Positions 37,875-46,517 of a stretch of 64,000 bases of DNA are shown here, piece after piece (the stretch's first letter is position 1; every line of letters starts with the position of its first letter). The translations under genes were made by a program, and so were the position numbers. The DNA is taken from NCBI GenBank assembly GCA_963826115.1, contig CAWGVS010000005.1:1664001-1728000 (forward strand), in the 5' to 3' direction. Origin of the DNA: an uncultured Candidatus Rokubacteria bacterium. GTDB taxonomy: Bacteria > Methylomirabilota > Methylomirabilia > Rokubacteriales > DASRDR01. The notes beneath the pieces are model-generated. The model searched no databases. It was not told the origin of the DNA and saw nothing but the letters and a program-made list of their open reading frames with translations.

Positions 37875-38767
37875 TCGCACTGGTGCTCGTCCACGACGGC
37901 CTCGACGTCTCGGCCGACCTCGAGCTCGCCGAGCCCGGGGCGGACCGTGGCGCCGTCCGTCACCGTGGCGGCGACCGGCTCGTCGTGACCGCGCGGGCGG
38001 ACCGCGCGGCTCTCGAGTGGGCGAGCGCCCTCACCCCCGAGGTCGTCGCGCTCACGGTGGGCCCGCCCGACTCGGAGGGCACGGTCGCCTGGGCCTCGGG
38101 CCGCGGCGCCGCGAAAGCCGTGAGGATCTGGGACGACGGGCTCGAGGCCCTCGATCTCGCGGCGATGGCGCGCGTCGTCGCGGCCGCCGTCCGGCGGATC
38201 GCCCCGGACCTCGTCCTCGCCGGCGAGCGCGGGCTCGCCGGCGCCACCGGGACCCTCCCCGCCCTCGTGGCCGCGCATCTCGGCTGGCCGTGCGCCGACG
38301 GCGTGATCCGGGTCACCGGCTCCGCGGTGGAGCGGCGGCTCGCGGGCGGCCGCCGCGAGGAGCTCGCCCTCTCGCCCCCGGCCGTCATCACGGTGACCGC
38401 GGATTCCATCGAGCCGCGCTACGTGTCGGTCCGCGCGCGGCGCGAGGCGGCGCGGCGCGGCCACGAGACCTGGTCGCTCGCGGACCTGGGCCTCACGCCC
38501 GACGCGGTCCGCGGGATGGTCAGGACCCGCGTGGACCGCGTGGACTGGCCGAGGCCCCGTCCCCGCCGGACAGCCCAGACCGCCGCGCCCGCCGGCCCGC
38601 GCTCGGCCGCGGACCGTCTCCGCCAGCTGGTCGGCGGCGGCGCCGGAGCCGCGCGGACCGGGACCGCCACGCCGGCAGCGACGCCGACATCGCGCGTCGT
38701 CGAAGGTGACGCCCGCGCGGTCGCCGATCGCATCCTGTCCTTCCTCGAGCAGCAGGGCTTCGTGTGA
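37871..38767 (+). CDS. etfB: Electron transfer flavoprotein beta subunit (divergent)
   Basis: ALTVGP, GAAKAVRI, DLVLAG, LGWP, ERRLAGG, PRYVS; ATGA overlap. Confidence 0.78.
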   Translation: MIALVLVHDGLDVSADLELAEPGADRGAVRHRGGDRLVVTARADRAALEWASALTPEVVALTVGPPDSEGTVAWASGRGAAKAVRIWDDGLEALDLAAMARVVAAAVRRIAPDLVLAGERGLAGATGTLPALVAAHLGWPCADGVIRVTGSAVERRLAGGRREELALSPPAVITVTADSIEPRYVSVRARREAARRGHETWSLADLGLTPDAVRGMVRTRVDRVDWPRPRPRRTAQTAAPAGPRSAADRLRQLVGGGAGAARTGTATPAATPTSRVVEGDARAVADRILSFLEQQGFV

Positions 38768-38780
38768 GGAGGAGCGCCCG

Positions 38781-40343
38781 ATGAACGCGTCGGACTTCCT
38801 GCCGGTCGATTTCAACGTCGCAAGCTGGTTCGTCGACCGCCCGGTGGCCGAGGGGCGTGGCGCGGCCCCGGCGTTCCACTGCGAGGACCGCGTCCTCAGC
38901 TACGGCGACCTGAAGGAGCTCGTCGACCGCACCGGCCACGCGCTCCGCGACCTCGGCGTGGACATGGAGCAGCGCGTGGTGATGGTCTGCCTCGACGCGC
39001 CGGAGTTCCTGGGCGCCTTCTGGGGCGCGATCAAGATCGGCGCGGTGCCGGTCCCGGTGAACACCCTCCTCCGCGCCCCCGACTACCGCTACGTCCTCGA
39101 GGACACCCGGGCGCGGGTCGCGGTCGTCTCGGCGGCCCTCCTCCCCGAGGTGGCGCCTGCGCTCGAGGGGCTGCGGCATCTCCGCCACGTGCTGGTCGCC
39201 GGCGGTCCGCCGGGGCCCCACCTGTCGTTCGAGGACCGGATCTCGCGCGCGGCCCGGACCCTGGAGGCGGCTCCGACCACGCGCGACGACGTCGCGTTCT
39301 GGCTCTACTCGTCGGGCTCGACCGGACGCCCGAAGGGCGCCGTCCACCTCCAGCACGACATGGTGGTCGCCGCCGAGACCTACGCGAAGCAGGTGCTCGG
39401 CATGCGGCCGACCGACAAGGTCTACTCGGTGGCCAAGCTCTTCTTCGCCTACGGGCTCGGGAACGCCGGCTACTTCCCGATGAGCGTGGGCGCGCAGAGC
39501 GTCCTCTACCCGCGCCGGCCGACCCCGGAGACGGTGTTCGACCTGATCCAGCGCCACCGGCCGACGATCTTCTTCGGCGTGCCGACGCTCTACGCGGCGA
39601 TGCTCGCCGCCAAGGAGGCCGAGCGCGCCGACGTCTCGTCCCTCCGCCTCTGCGTATCGGCGGGCGAGGCGCTGCCGGCGGACCTCTACCGGCGCTGGCG
39701 CGAGCGGTTCGGCGTGGAGGTGGTCGACGGCATCGGCACCACCGAGAGCGGCCACATCTTCCTGTCGAACCGGCCGGGGTCCGTGCGGCCGGGGTCGTCC
39801 GGCCTCCCGGTCCCCGGCTACGAGTGCGCGATCGTGGACGACGAGGGGCGCCCGGTCGCGCATGGCGAGATCGGGAACCTCCGGGTCCGCGGGGACTCCA
39901 CGATGGCCTACTACTGGAACCAGCACGAGAAGACGAAGGCCAGCCTCTTCGGCCCCTGGATCCAGACCGGCGACAAGTACCACCAGGACCCGGACGGCTA
40001 TTTCTGGTACGACGGCCGCGGCGACGACATGCTGAAGGTCGGCGGCATCTGGGTCTCGCCCATCGAGGTCGAGGCCACGCTGATCCAGCACGACGCGGTG
40101 CTCGAGGCCGCCGTCGTCGGCCAGGAGGACGACGACCGGCTCGTCAAGCCGCGGGCCTACGTCGTCCTGAAGGACCCCGCGCGCGGGTCGGAGGCGCTCG
40201 CGGCCGAGCTCCGCGCGTTCGTGAAGGACAAGATCGCCCCGTACAAGTACCCGCGGTGGATCGACTTCGTCCCGGACCTCCCGAAGACCGCCACCGGCAA
40301 GATCCAGCGGTTCAAGCTCCGCCAGGAGGCACCGGGGACCTGA
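38781..40343 (+). CDS. Benzoate-CoA ligase family protein
   Basis: FWLYSSGSTGRPKG, AKLFFAYGLGN, DGIGTTE, GRGDDMLKVGG, PKTATGKIQR. Confidence 0.92.
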   Translation: MNASDFLPVDFNVASWFVDRPVAEGRGAAPAFHCEDRVLSYGDLKELVDRTGHALRDLGVDMEQRVVMVCLDAPEFLGAFWGAIKIGAVPVPVNTLLRAPDYRYVLEDTRARVAVVSAALLPEVAPALEGLRHLRHVLVAGGPPGPHLSFEDRISRAARTLEAAPTTRDDVAFWLYSSGSTGRPKGAVHLQHDMVVAAETYAKQVLGMRPTDKVYSVAKLFFAYGLGNAGYFPMSVGAQSVLYPRRPTPETVFDLIQRHRPTIFFGVPTLYAAMLAAKEAERADVSSLRLCVSAGEALPADLYRRWRERFGVEVVDGIGTTESGHIFLSNRPGSVRPGSSGLPVPGYECAIVDDEGRPVAHGEIGNLRVRGDSTMAYYWNQHEKTKASLFGPWIQTGDKYHQDPDGYFWYDGRGDDMLKVGGIWVSPIEVEATLIQHDAVLEAAVVGQEDDDRLVKPRAYVVLKDPARGSEALAAELRAFVKDKIAPYKYPRWIDFVPDLPKTATGKIQRFKLRQEAPGT

Positions 40344-40404
40344 TCGCGCGCCCGAGCGTCGACGACGGGCGCGCGACGCAACGGGCGGGCCTCGGCCGGC
40401 GGGA

Positions 40405-40668
40405 TCAGGCGATCGAGGCGCGGGTGGGGACGACCAGGAAGTCGAGGAGGGCCCAGCTCGAGGGCACCGGGCCGCGGCGGTCTCGGCGGCGGCGCTCGGA
40501 CCCGGGAGTCGACGCCCCACCGGTCCGGCGGCGCTGACCCTCGCGGCGGTCCCAGACGACCTCGACGCCCTCGGGCGCGAAAGCCGACCGGAGGGCGGCA
40601 AATCGGTCGACAGCTCCGGCGCGGACGATGATGAGCGCGCCCGACTCCGCGCGGCCAGCCTCGGTCAT
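40405..40668 (-). CDS. Small hypothetical protein with DRR/ERR Arg-rich motifs
   Basis: VVWDRREGQRRR..SERRRRDRR; GGAGG RBS. Confidence 0.7.
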   Translation of the reverse strand: MTEAGRAESGALIIVRAGAVDRFAALRSAFAPEGVEVVWDRREGQRRRTGGASTPGSERRRRDRRGPVPSSWALLDFLVVPTRASIA

Positions 40669-40755
40669 GAGGGTCCCTCCGGGCGCCTACTGTGCCCCGG
40701 GTCCGCCCGACCGTCAATCCCGACGTCGAGCCCGACGTGGCATAATCAATGGGCC

Positions 40756-41331
40756 ATGGCGATCTTCACCGGACGCATCGAGCGGGCGATCGCGATGGCC
40801 ATGCGCGCCCACGAGAAGCAGGTCCGGAAGGGCGACGGCCAGCTGCCCTACGTGGTCCACCCCGTCACCGTCGCCCTGATCCTCTCGCGCTACACGGGCG
40901 AGGAGGACACGATCATCGCGGGCCTCCTCCACGACACGCTCGAGGACACCGACACGACCCCCGAGGACATCGAGCGCGAGTTCGGCCAGAAGGTCCGCGA
41001 CATCGTCGTCGACGTGACGGAGCCCGACCTCCCAGGCCTGTCCTGGGAGACCAAGAAGGCCCGGTACCTGCGCCGGCTCCAGGCCGCGCCGCGCCCATCC
41101 CTCCTGGTGGCGGCCGCCGACAAGACCGCCAACCTGATCTCGATGATCGCGGTGCACGCGTCGATGGGCGAGGCGCTGTGGGAGCGGTTCAACGTGCCCC
41201 CCGGGTTCAAGCTCGGCTTCTACCGCCAGGTCCACACGCTGATCCGCTCGTCGTGGTCGACCTGCCCGGTCCTCCAGGAGTTCGGCAACCGCCTCGAGGA
41301 AGCCGAGCGGAAGCTGGGCGCCCGTCCGTAA
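40756..41331 (+). CDS. HD-domain protein, Mesh1/small alarmone hydrolase-like
   Basis: AH..QVRK..PYVVHP, AGLLHDTLEDT, AADK..N. Confidence 0.85.
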   Translation: MAIFTGRIERAIAMAMRAHEKQVRKGDGQLPYVVHPVTVALILSRYTGEEDTIIAGLLHDTLEDTDTTPEDIEREFGQKVRDIVVDVTEPDLPGLSWETKKARYLRRLQAAPRPSLLVAAADKTANLISMIAVHASMGEALWERFNVPPGFKLGFYRQVHTLIRSSWSTCPVLQEFGNRLEEAERKLGARP

Positions 41332-41349
41332 GACCCCCGTGGCCGGCGA

Positions 41350-42567
41350 CTAGCGCCGGTGGCGACCGGCGGCCCAGAAACTGGTCGCCGCCACCGAAAG
41401 CGCCGCGATCGACACGCCGAATGCCAGCCGGTAGCTCCCGGTGAGGTCGTAGATCACCCCGCCGAGCCAGGGGCCGATCGCGGAACCCACGCGATTCCCG
41501 AACGTGATGATCCCGAGGACGGCGCCGAAGCTCCGGCCGCGGTACACGTCGGCCGTCAGCGCGGCGACGATGGGGCCGCGCGCGCCCAGCGTGAGGCCGA
41601 AGGGCAGCACGTAGGCCCACAGGAGCCACATCGGCATCCCGGGCGCGAGCAGCAGGAGCGCCAGCGTCCCGGCCGCCGTGGCCGCGTAGCTCAGGAGGGC
41701 CGTGGGGACCCGACCCCACCGGTCCGACAGGGTGCCGAACGTCACGCGGCCCACGGCGGACAGGAGCCCCACCGTCCCGAACGCGGCGGCGGCGCGGCGC
41801 GGGTCGATTCCCGCCTCGACGATGTGCGCGACCTGGTGTGTCATCACCATGAAGTTCGAGACGGGCGTGAAGAAGAAGGCCGCCGCGAAGAACCAGAAGC
41901 GCGCGGTCCCCATCGCGGCCGCGAGCCCCGGCCCCTCCTCCGGCGGCGCCGCGCTCGAGGCGTGGATCGCGCCCTTGCCGACGGTCCGCGGGGACAGCAC
42001 GACCGCGGGCAGGAGCAGGAGCCCCGTCCCCACCCCGAGCGCCGCCATCGCCGACCGCCATCCGACCCGGTCGACCAGGAGGGCCGCAAGCGGCGCGAAC
42101 ACGAAGATGCCGAGTCCCATGCCGGACGACGCCAGCCCGTTGACCGTGCCCCGCGCGGTCGGGAACCAGCGACTCAGGACCACCAGCTGGGCGACGCTGC
42201 CGAGGAGCCCGGCCCCGAATCCCGCGACCACGCCGAACCACAGGAACAGGCCGACCGGCGAGCTTGAGGTGGACGCGAGCGCCATGCCGGCGCCCAGGAT
42301 CACGGCGCCCGCCAGCATGACGGCGCGCTCGCCGAGGCGCTGCATGAGGGGGTCGACGACAGTCCCGACCAGCCCCAGGACCAAGTTGTGGACCGAGAAC
42401 ACCGCCGCAGGGAGACTCCGCAGGCCGCCCATCTCGCCCGCCAGCGGCAGGAGGAAGACCGGGAAGCTGTTCGACAGTCCCTGCGAGAGCACGATCGTGA
42501 CGAAGGCTCCCGCGAGAGCGCGCCAGCGCGGCTCACGGCTCGCCGCGATCCATCTCCGCGGGCTCAC
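41350..42567 (-). CDS. MFS transporter (OFA-like)
   Basis: About 12 TM; SRWFP..RG, GTLSDRWGR, GGVIYDLTGSY. Confidence 0.9.
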   Translation of the reverse strand: MSPRRWIAASREPRWRALAGAFVTIVLSQGLSNSFPVFLLPLAGEMGGLRSLPAAVFSVHNLVLGLVGTVVDPLMQRLGERAVMLAGAVILGAGMALASTSSSPVGLFLWFGVVAGFGAGLLGSVAQLVVLSRWFPTARGTVNGLASSGMGLGIFVFAPLAALLVDRVGWRSAMAALGVGTGLLLLPAVVLSPRTVGKGAIHASSAAPPEEGPGLAAAMGTARFWFFAAAFFFTPVSNFMVMTHQVAHIVEAGIDPRRAAAAFGTVGLLSAVGRVTFGTLSDRWGRVPTALLSYAATAAGTLALLLLAPGMPMWLLWAYVLPFGLTLGARGPIVAALTADVYRGRSFGAVLGIITFGNRVGSAIGPWLGGVIYDLTGSYRLAFGVSIAALSVAATSFWAAGRHRR

Positions 42568-42594
42568 GGGCGAGTGCCGGGGACCGGACCCCCG

Positions 42595-43257
42595 TCAGTG
42601 GGCACGGTAGCCCACGAGCGCGGCCGTCCGCGAGCGGGGGTCCACGGTCGACAGCCGGCGGATCATCGCCGGCGTCACGAGCGCGCGGTGCGGGATGTCC
42701 GCCAGATGCTCGGCCACCCACCAGAGGTCACCCGGCGTCGTCATCCAGCCCGCGTGGCGACGATCGAAGCGCGCGAGGTCGACCGGCTGGGAATACGCCC
42801 TGAGCGTGCGCTCGCCGCGAAGGTTCATGTAGCCGTCGAAGTAGCTCATCACGAGCTCGCGGAGCCCGCGGTAGACGGGCGCGCGGTACCGGAGCCCGGC
42901 GAAGTTCGACTTCGCGATCGCCCCCCAGCCGCCGTCGACGCGGAACACCGCCACGACGTGGTCGGTGTCCTGGACGGCCTCGAGGTCGAGGAGAAGCGGC
43001 GGGAAGCCGAGCACCCGGAGCGCCGCAGCGGCGAAGATCGCGCCCTCCAGGCAGTGGGCGGTGCGCTCGCGCAGGACACGGCGCGGCGACCAGGCCGTCC
43101 GCGCGAGGTGATACGGCATCGCGTCGAGGGCCCGCTGGATCCCGGCGGGGGTCCGCAAGGCCCGGAGGGCGCGCCACTCCCCCGGGGTCAGGCCGAACGC
43201 CGGTGTCAGCGGGCCTGCGGGCCGCCCGGCACGGCGGGGCGCGAGGCGAGATGGCAC
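42595..43257 (-). CDS. Conserved hypothetical protein, possibly transglutaminase-like Cys-His
   Basis: AHCLEGAIFAAAAL, DHVVAVF, WGAIAKSN; start uncertain. Confidence 0.65.
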   Translation of the reverse strand: MPSRLAPRRAGRPAGPLTPAFGLTPGEWRALRALRTPAGIQRALDAMPYHLARTAWSPRRVLRERTAHCLEGAIFAAAALRVLGFPPLLLDLEAVQDTDHVVAVFRVDGGWGAIAKSNFAGLRYRAPVYRGLRELVMSYFDGYMNLRGERTLRAYSQPVDLARFDRRHAGWMTTPGDLWWVAEHLADIPHRALVTPAMIRRLSTVDPRSRTAALVGYRAH

Positions 43258-43287
43258 GCGCCGCGGGTCAGGCGAGAGGAAGCGGGC

Positions 43288-44034
43288 CTAGCGGCAGACG
43301 GATCGCGTGTAGGTCGGGACCCAGACCGACAGGCGCTGGCCGTTCGAGAACGTGCGCGTCTCCCAGTGGCCCGCGACCGTCAGGGTCTCGCAGTTCTCCG
43401 GCGGCGCCGCCGCCGAGGTCGTTCCGTGCGGAGGCGACCCCGACGGCGTCTCGGCGGCCTGGGGAGTAGGCGGGAGCGCGGACGCGTCGGGCGGCGGAGG
43501 AGCGGGCACGCCCGGCGGCGGTTCGGCTGGCGTGATGTAGGTCGCGCCCGGCGTGTACGCGGGATACGCGGCCGGATACGCCGGATAGGCGGAATACGTG
43601 GGATACGCGGAATACGCGGGGTACGCAGGAGGCGGCGCGTACACCGGATAGGCGGGCGCCGCGTAGACCTGCGGGTAGGCCCACAACGGCGCCGTCAGCA
43701 GCGCTCCCGCGGCCACCCCCACGGCGACACCGCCCCAGCCCCAGCAGCAGCCACCGTGCGAGTGTCCGCCGTGCCAGCCGCCGTGCGAGTGCCCGCCGTG
43801 CCAGCCACCGTGCCCGTGGCCCGACCAGCCCTGCCACCGCGGGCCGCCCCAGCCGTGGTTCGCGTGCCCGGCCGATGCCCGCGGCACGCCGGGGGCAAAG
43901 CGCGCGCCCCCGCCGGTCCCGCCGGGGGCAAAGCGCGCCCCTCCGCCGGTCCCGCGGGGCGCCGCGAGCGCAAGCGTGGGCGCCACGAGAAGCCCGACTG
44001 CCACGACCACCGCGGCACGGATCGCGCGTCGCAT
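43288..44034 (-). CDS. Exported low-complexity Gly/His- and Pro/Tyr-rich protein
   Basis: Signal peptide, internal repeats, TM-like segment, C-terminal C..GHW...WVP...C; GGGAGA RBS. Confidence 0.72.
   Translation of the reverse strand: MRRAIRAAVVVAVGLLVAPTLALAAPRGTGGGARFAPGGTGGGARFAPGVPRASAGHANHGWGGPRWQGWSGHGHGGWHGGHSHGGWHGGHSHGGCCWGWGGVAVGVAAGALLTAPLWAYPQVYAAPAYPVYAPPPAYPAYSAYPTYSAYPAYPAAYPAYTPGATYITPAEPPPGVPAPPPPDASALPPTPQAAETPSGSPPHGTTSAAAPPENCETLTVAGHWETRTFSNGQRLSVWVPTYTRSVCR
43888..43953. repeat. Two-copy 33-bp intragenic tandem repeat (GTGGGARFAPG)
   Basis: GCCGGGGGCAAAGCGCGC..CCGCCGGTCCC twice, near-identical. Confidence 0.85.
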
Positions 44035-44081
44035 CACGGCTCTCCCTCCCGTCGGCGCGGCCGGAGCCCACGCCACGGCCA

Positions 44082-44624
44082 CTATACACCCGGGCGCCGA
44101 AACCAGTCCTCGAGGGCCTCGCGCGTGCTCCGGAACGCGAGCGCGTCCCAGGGGATCTCCTCCCGCCCGAAGTACCCGGCCTCGCTCACCTCGTGGGCGT
44201 CGGGCGCCGCCTCGAGCCCGGGGGGCACCGTGACGTGGTAGACGACGATCACCACCGGCGCGTCCGCGTAGGAGTAGATCCCCAAAAGGCCGGCCGGCTC
44301 GAGATCGAGCCCCACCTCCTCGCGCATCTCGCGGCGCGCGGCGGCGGTCACGCTCTCCCCCCAGTCGACGTAGCCGCCGGGAAAGGTCCAGAGGCCGTGG
44401 GCCGGCTCGATCGCCCGGCGCGTCAGGAGCACGCGGCCGTCCCGCACCGGGATGGTCACGGCGACGATCTTCGGGTGGAGATAGCAGACGAACCCGCAGC
44501 CGCCGCACACCGGGTACTCGCGCATGTCTCGCGCGACCACGCGGCGCACGACCGGCGCGCCGCAGAGCGGGCAGAAGCGAAGCGTGTCGGGCCGGAGCTC
44601 GCGCAGCGGCTCCTGCTCAGCCAC
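44082..44624 (-). CDS. NUDIX hydrolase with zinc ribbon
   Basis: FCPLCG..CGGCG; PGGYVDWGESVTAAARREMREEVG Nudix box. Confidence 0.92.
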   Translation of the reverse strand: MAEQEPLRELRPDTLRFCPLCGAPVVRRVVARDMREYPVCGGCGFVCYLHPKIVAVTIPVRDGRVLLTRRAIEPAHGLWTFPGGYVDWGESVTAAARREMREEVGLDLEPAGLLGIYSYADAPVVIVVYHVTVPPGLEAAPDAHEVSEAGYFGREEIPWDALAFRSTREALEDWFRRPGV

Positions 44625-46344
44625 CGGCGCTCCCCTGCGACGACCCGCCGCGTCGCGACGCGGCCTCGCCGTCATCGTGGTATCGCGCGAAGAGCGGATG
44701 GAGGTCGCGGGCGCGCATCACGGCCCGGAAGTCGAACGCGACGCGGGGCGGCGCCGCGACGAACGCGTAGAGCTCGCTCTCGGAGGGGCCGGCGTGACTC
44801 CCCCGCTCGTCGAGGAAGTTCACGCAACCCGCGGTGGTGTAGTGGCCGTACAGGATGACGTCCCCACTCGAGGGCATGGCGAGGAGGTCCTGGAGACCCC
44901 GCACGACGACGTCACGATCCGGTCGGTCGAACACGGGGCAGCCGGTGGGGCCCGACGGCGGGGGGATCCGCAGCATGTCGCCGCGATAGTAGCAGAGGGG
45001 CCCGCGGGCATCCTGCGCCAAGACGAAGCCGATGGCCGGATGCCGTGACAGGCGATCGAGCGCGCCGGGGTATCGGGCGGCGATCTCCTCGGCCGGCACC
45101 CGCGCCGTCGTGTGCGTCAGGTAGATGTTCACGTTCGGCCCCGCCGGCACGATACAGAGCCCGCCGACCCAGACCGCGTTGCGCTCGCGCACGGGCCGCT
45201 GCTCCACGGTCGCGAGGGTGCGCTGCCAGGGCCCCGTGAACGGCCAGAGCGGCAGCGGAGGGTCGACCTCGCCCCCGGCGGGTGGCTCCCGTCCGAACGG
45301 GACGGTCGCGGGCGCGCCCGGCGCCGCCGGCGAGCCGTCCCGCGCAGGCCCGAAGCAGGCGGTGACCGCCTCGGCGACCGACGCCCCGCCGGCGACGACG
45401 CGGAACGGCACCGACCGGATCTGGCCGTGGTCGGACAGCACGTAAAGGTCGTAGGCGTGCTCGGGCACCCGCCCGACGACCCGCGCGAGGCGCCCGATGC
45501 TCCGGTCCACGCCACGGAGCGCGCGGAGCGCCGCGGGGTGGCGCGGGCCGAGCTCGTGGGCGGCGACGTCGTAGTCGACGAAGTTGACGTACAGGGCCGG
45601 GACGCCCGCGTAGAGGTCGGCGCTCACGCCGAGCGTGAAGAGCTCGCGGAGCCAGCCGCCGATCATGAGCCCGGTCATCATCCGGCGGAGCGACGGCACG
45701 CGGCGCCCGAGGGTGAAGTCACGGAGCGCCTCGCCGACCCAGCGGAGGAGCGCCCACGCGGTGACGACGGACATCTTCGCGACGAGGCACAGGAGGACGA
45801 CGAAGGGCACGACCAGGGCCCGGAAGCCCACCCGACCCCAGAACGCGTGGGGCCGCAGCACGTGCGCGAAGGTGAGGACCGTGTCGTCGGCGCCGCCCCC
45901 GAAGACGCACCCGTAGGTGCGGCCCCCGCGGACGATCCCCGTCCCCGGCCGCGCGTGGACGGCCTCCACCGCCGCGGCATCCCAGGGGCGCGGGAACCAC
46001 CGGTAGGTCCCGGTCCGCTTGTCGACGAACTCGAAGCCCGGGACGTCGACCGGCCCGCCGTACATGAGGCCGGCCTGGAACGCGGGCGTGGACGTCGGGA
46101 GGCCGGACGGGACCGCGTGGAGCGCGAGGGCACCCTGCCGGACGAGGCGGGCCAGGGCCGGCATGCGGCGGCGCTCCACGGCCTCTCGGACGACCTCGTG
46201 GGCGCACCCGCAGATCTGGATCACCACGAACCGCCGGGCCGGTGTCTCGCGACACGGGGGTTTCCGCGCCCAGCGCACGAGCCCGTCGAGCAGGCCCGAG
46301 ACGGCGCGACCCGGGCGGGACCACCATCGGTCGGGCCTCGCCAT
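44617..46344 (-). CDS. Alkaline phosphatase superfamily (phosphodiesterase-like) protein
   Basis: PTSTPAFQ, DYDVAAH, LSDHGQ, GSHAG. Confidence 0.78.
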   Translation of the reverse strand: MARPDRWWSRPGRAVSGLLDGLVRWARKPPCRETPARRFVVIQICGCAHEVVREAVERRRMPALARLVRQGALALHAVPSGLPTSTPAFQAGLMYGGPVDVPGFEFVDKRTGTYRWFPRPWDAAAVEAVHARPGTGIVRGGRTYGCVFGGGADDTVLTFAHVLRPHAFWGRVGFRALVVPFVVLLCLVAKMSVVTAWALLRWVGEALRDFTLGRRVPSLRRMMTGLMIGGWLRELFTLGVSADLYAGVPALYVNFVDYDVAAHELGPRHPAALRALRGVDRSIGRLARVVGRVPEHAYDLYVLSDHGQIRSVPFRVVAGGASVAEAVTACFGPARDGSPAAPGAPATVPFGREPPAGGEVDPPLPLWPFTGPWQRTLATVEQRPVRERNAVWVGGLCIVPAGPNVNIYLTHTTARVPAEEIAARYPGALDRLSRHPAIGFVLAQDARGPLCYYRGDMLRIPPPSGPTGCPVFDRPDRDVVVRGLQDLLAMPSSGDVILYGHYTTAGCVNFLDERGSHAGPSESELYAFVAAPPRVAFDFRAVMRARDLHPLFARYHDDGEAASRRGGSSQGSAGG

Positions 46345-46517
46345 CGATTCAGATCCTACGGTCGGCTCGCGCGCCGGGCAACGATCGCCTTGCGCCCCGA
46401 AGAGGGCGTCTGCTACCGTTCGAGATCATGGCCGAGCGAGAGCCCACGGGACCCTCCTGCTCCGACGGCGTCCGGGACTTCCGGGAGCCGGCGGGCCAGC
46501 GCTGAGGGCGGGAACCC

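Noticed and set aside
43550-43830. Short 9-bp and 27-bp direct repeats resembling an array
   Set aside because: In-frame peptide repeats (YPAY, GWHGGHSHG) with no unique spacers and no cas genes.
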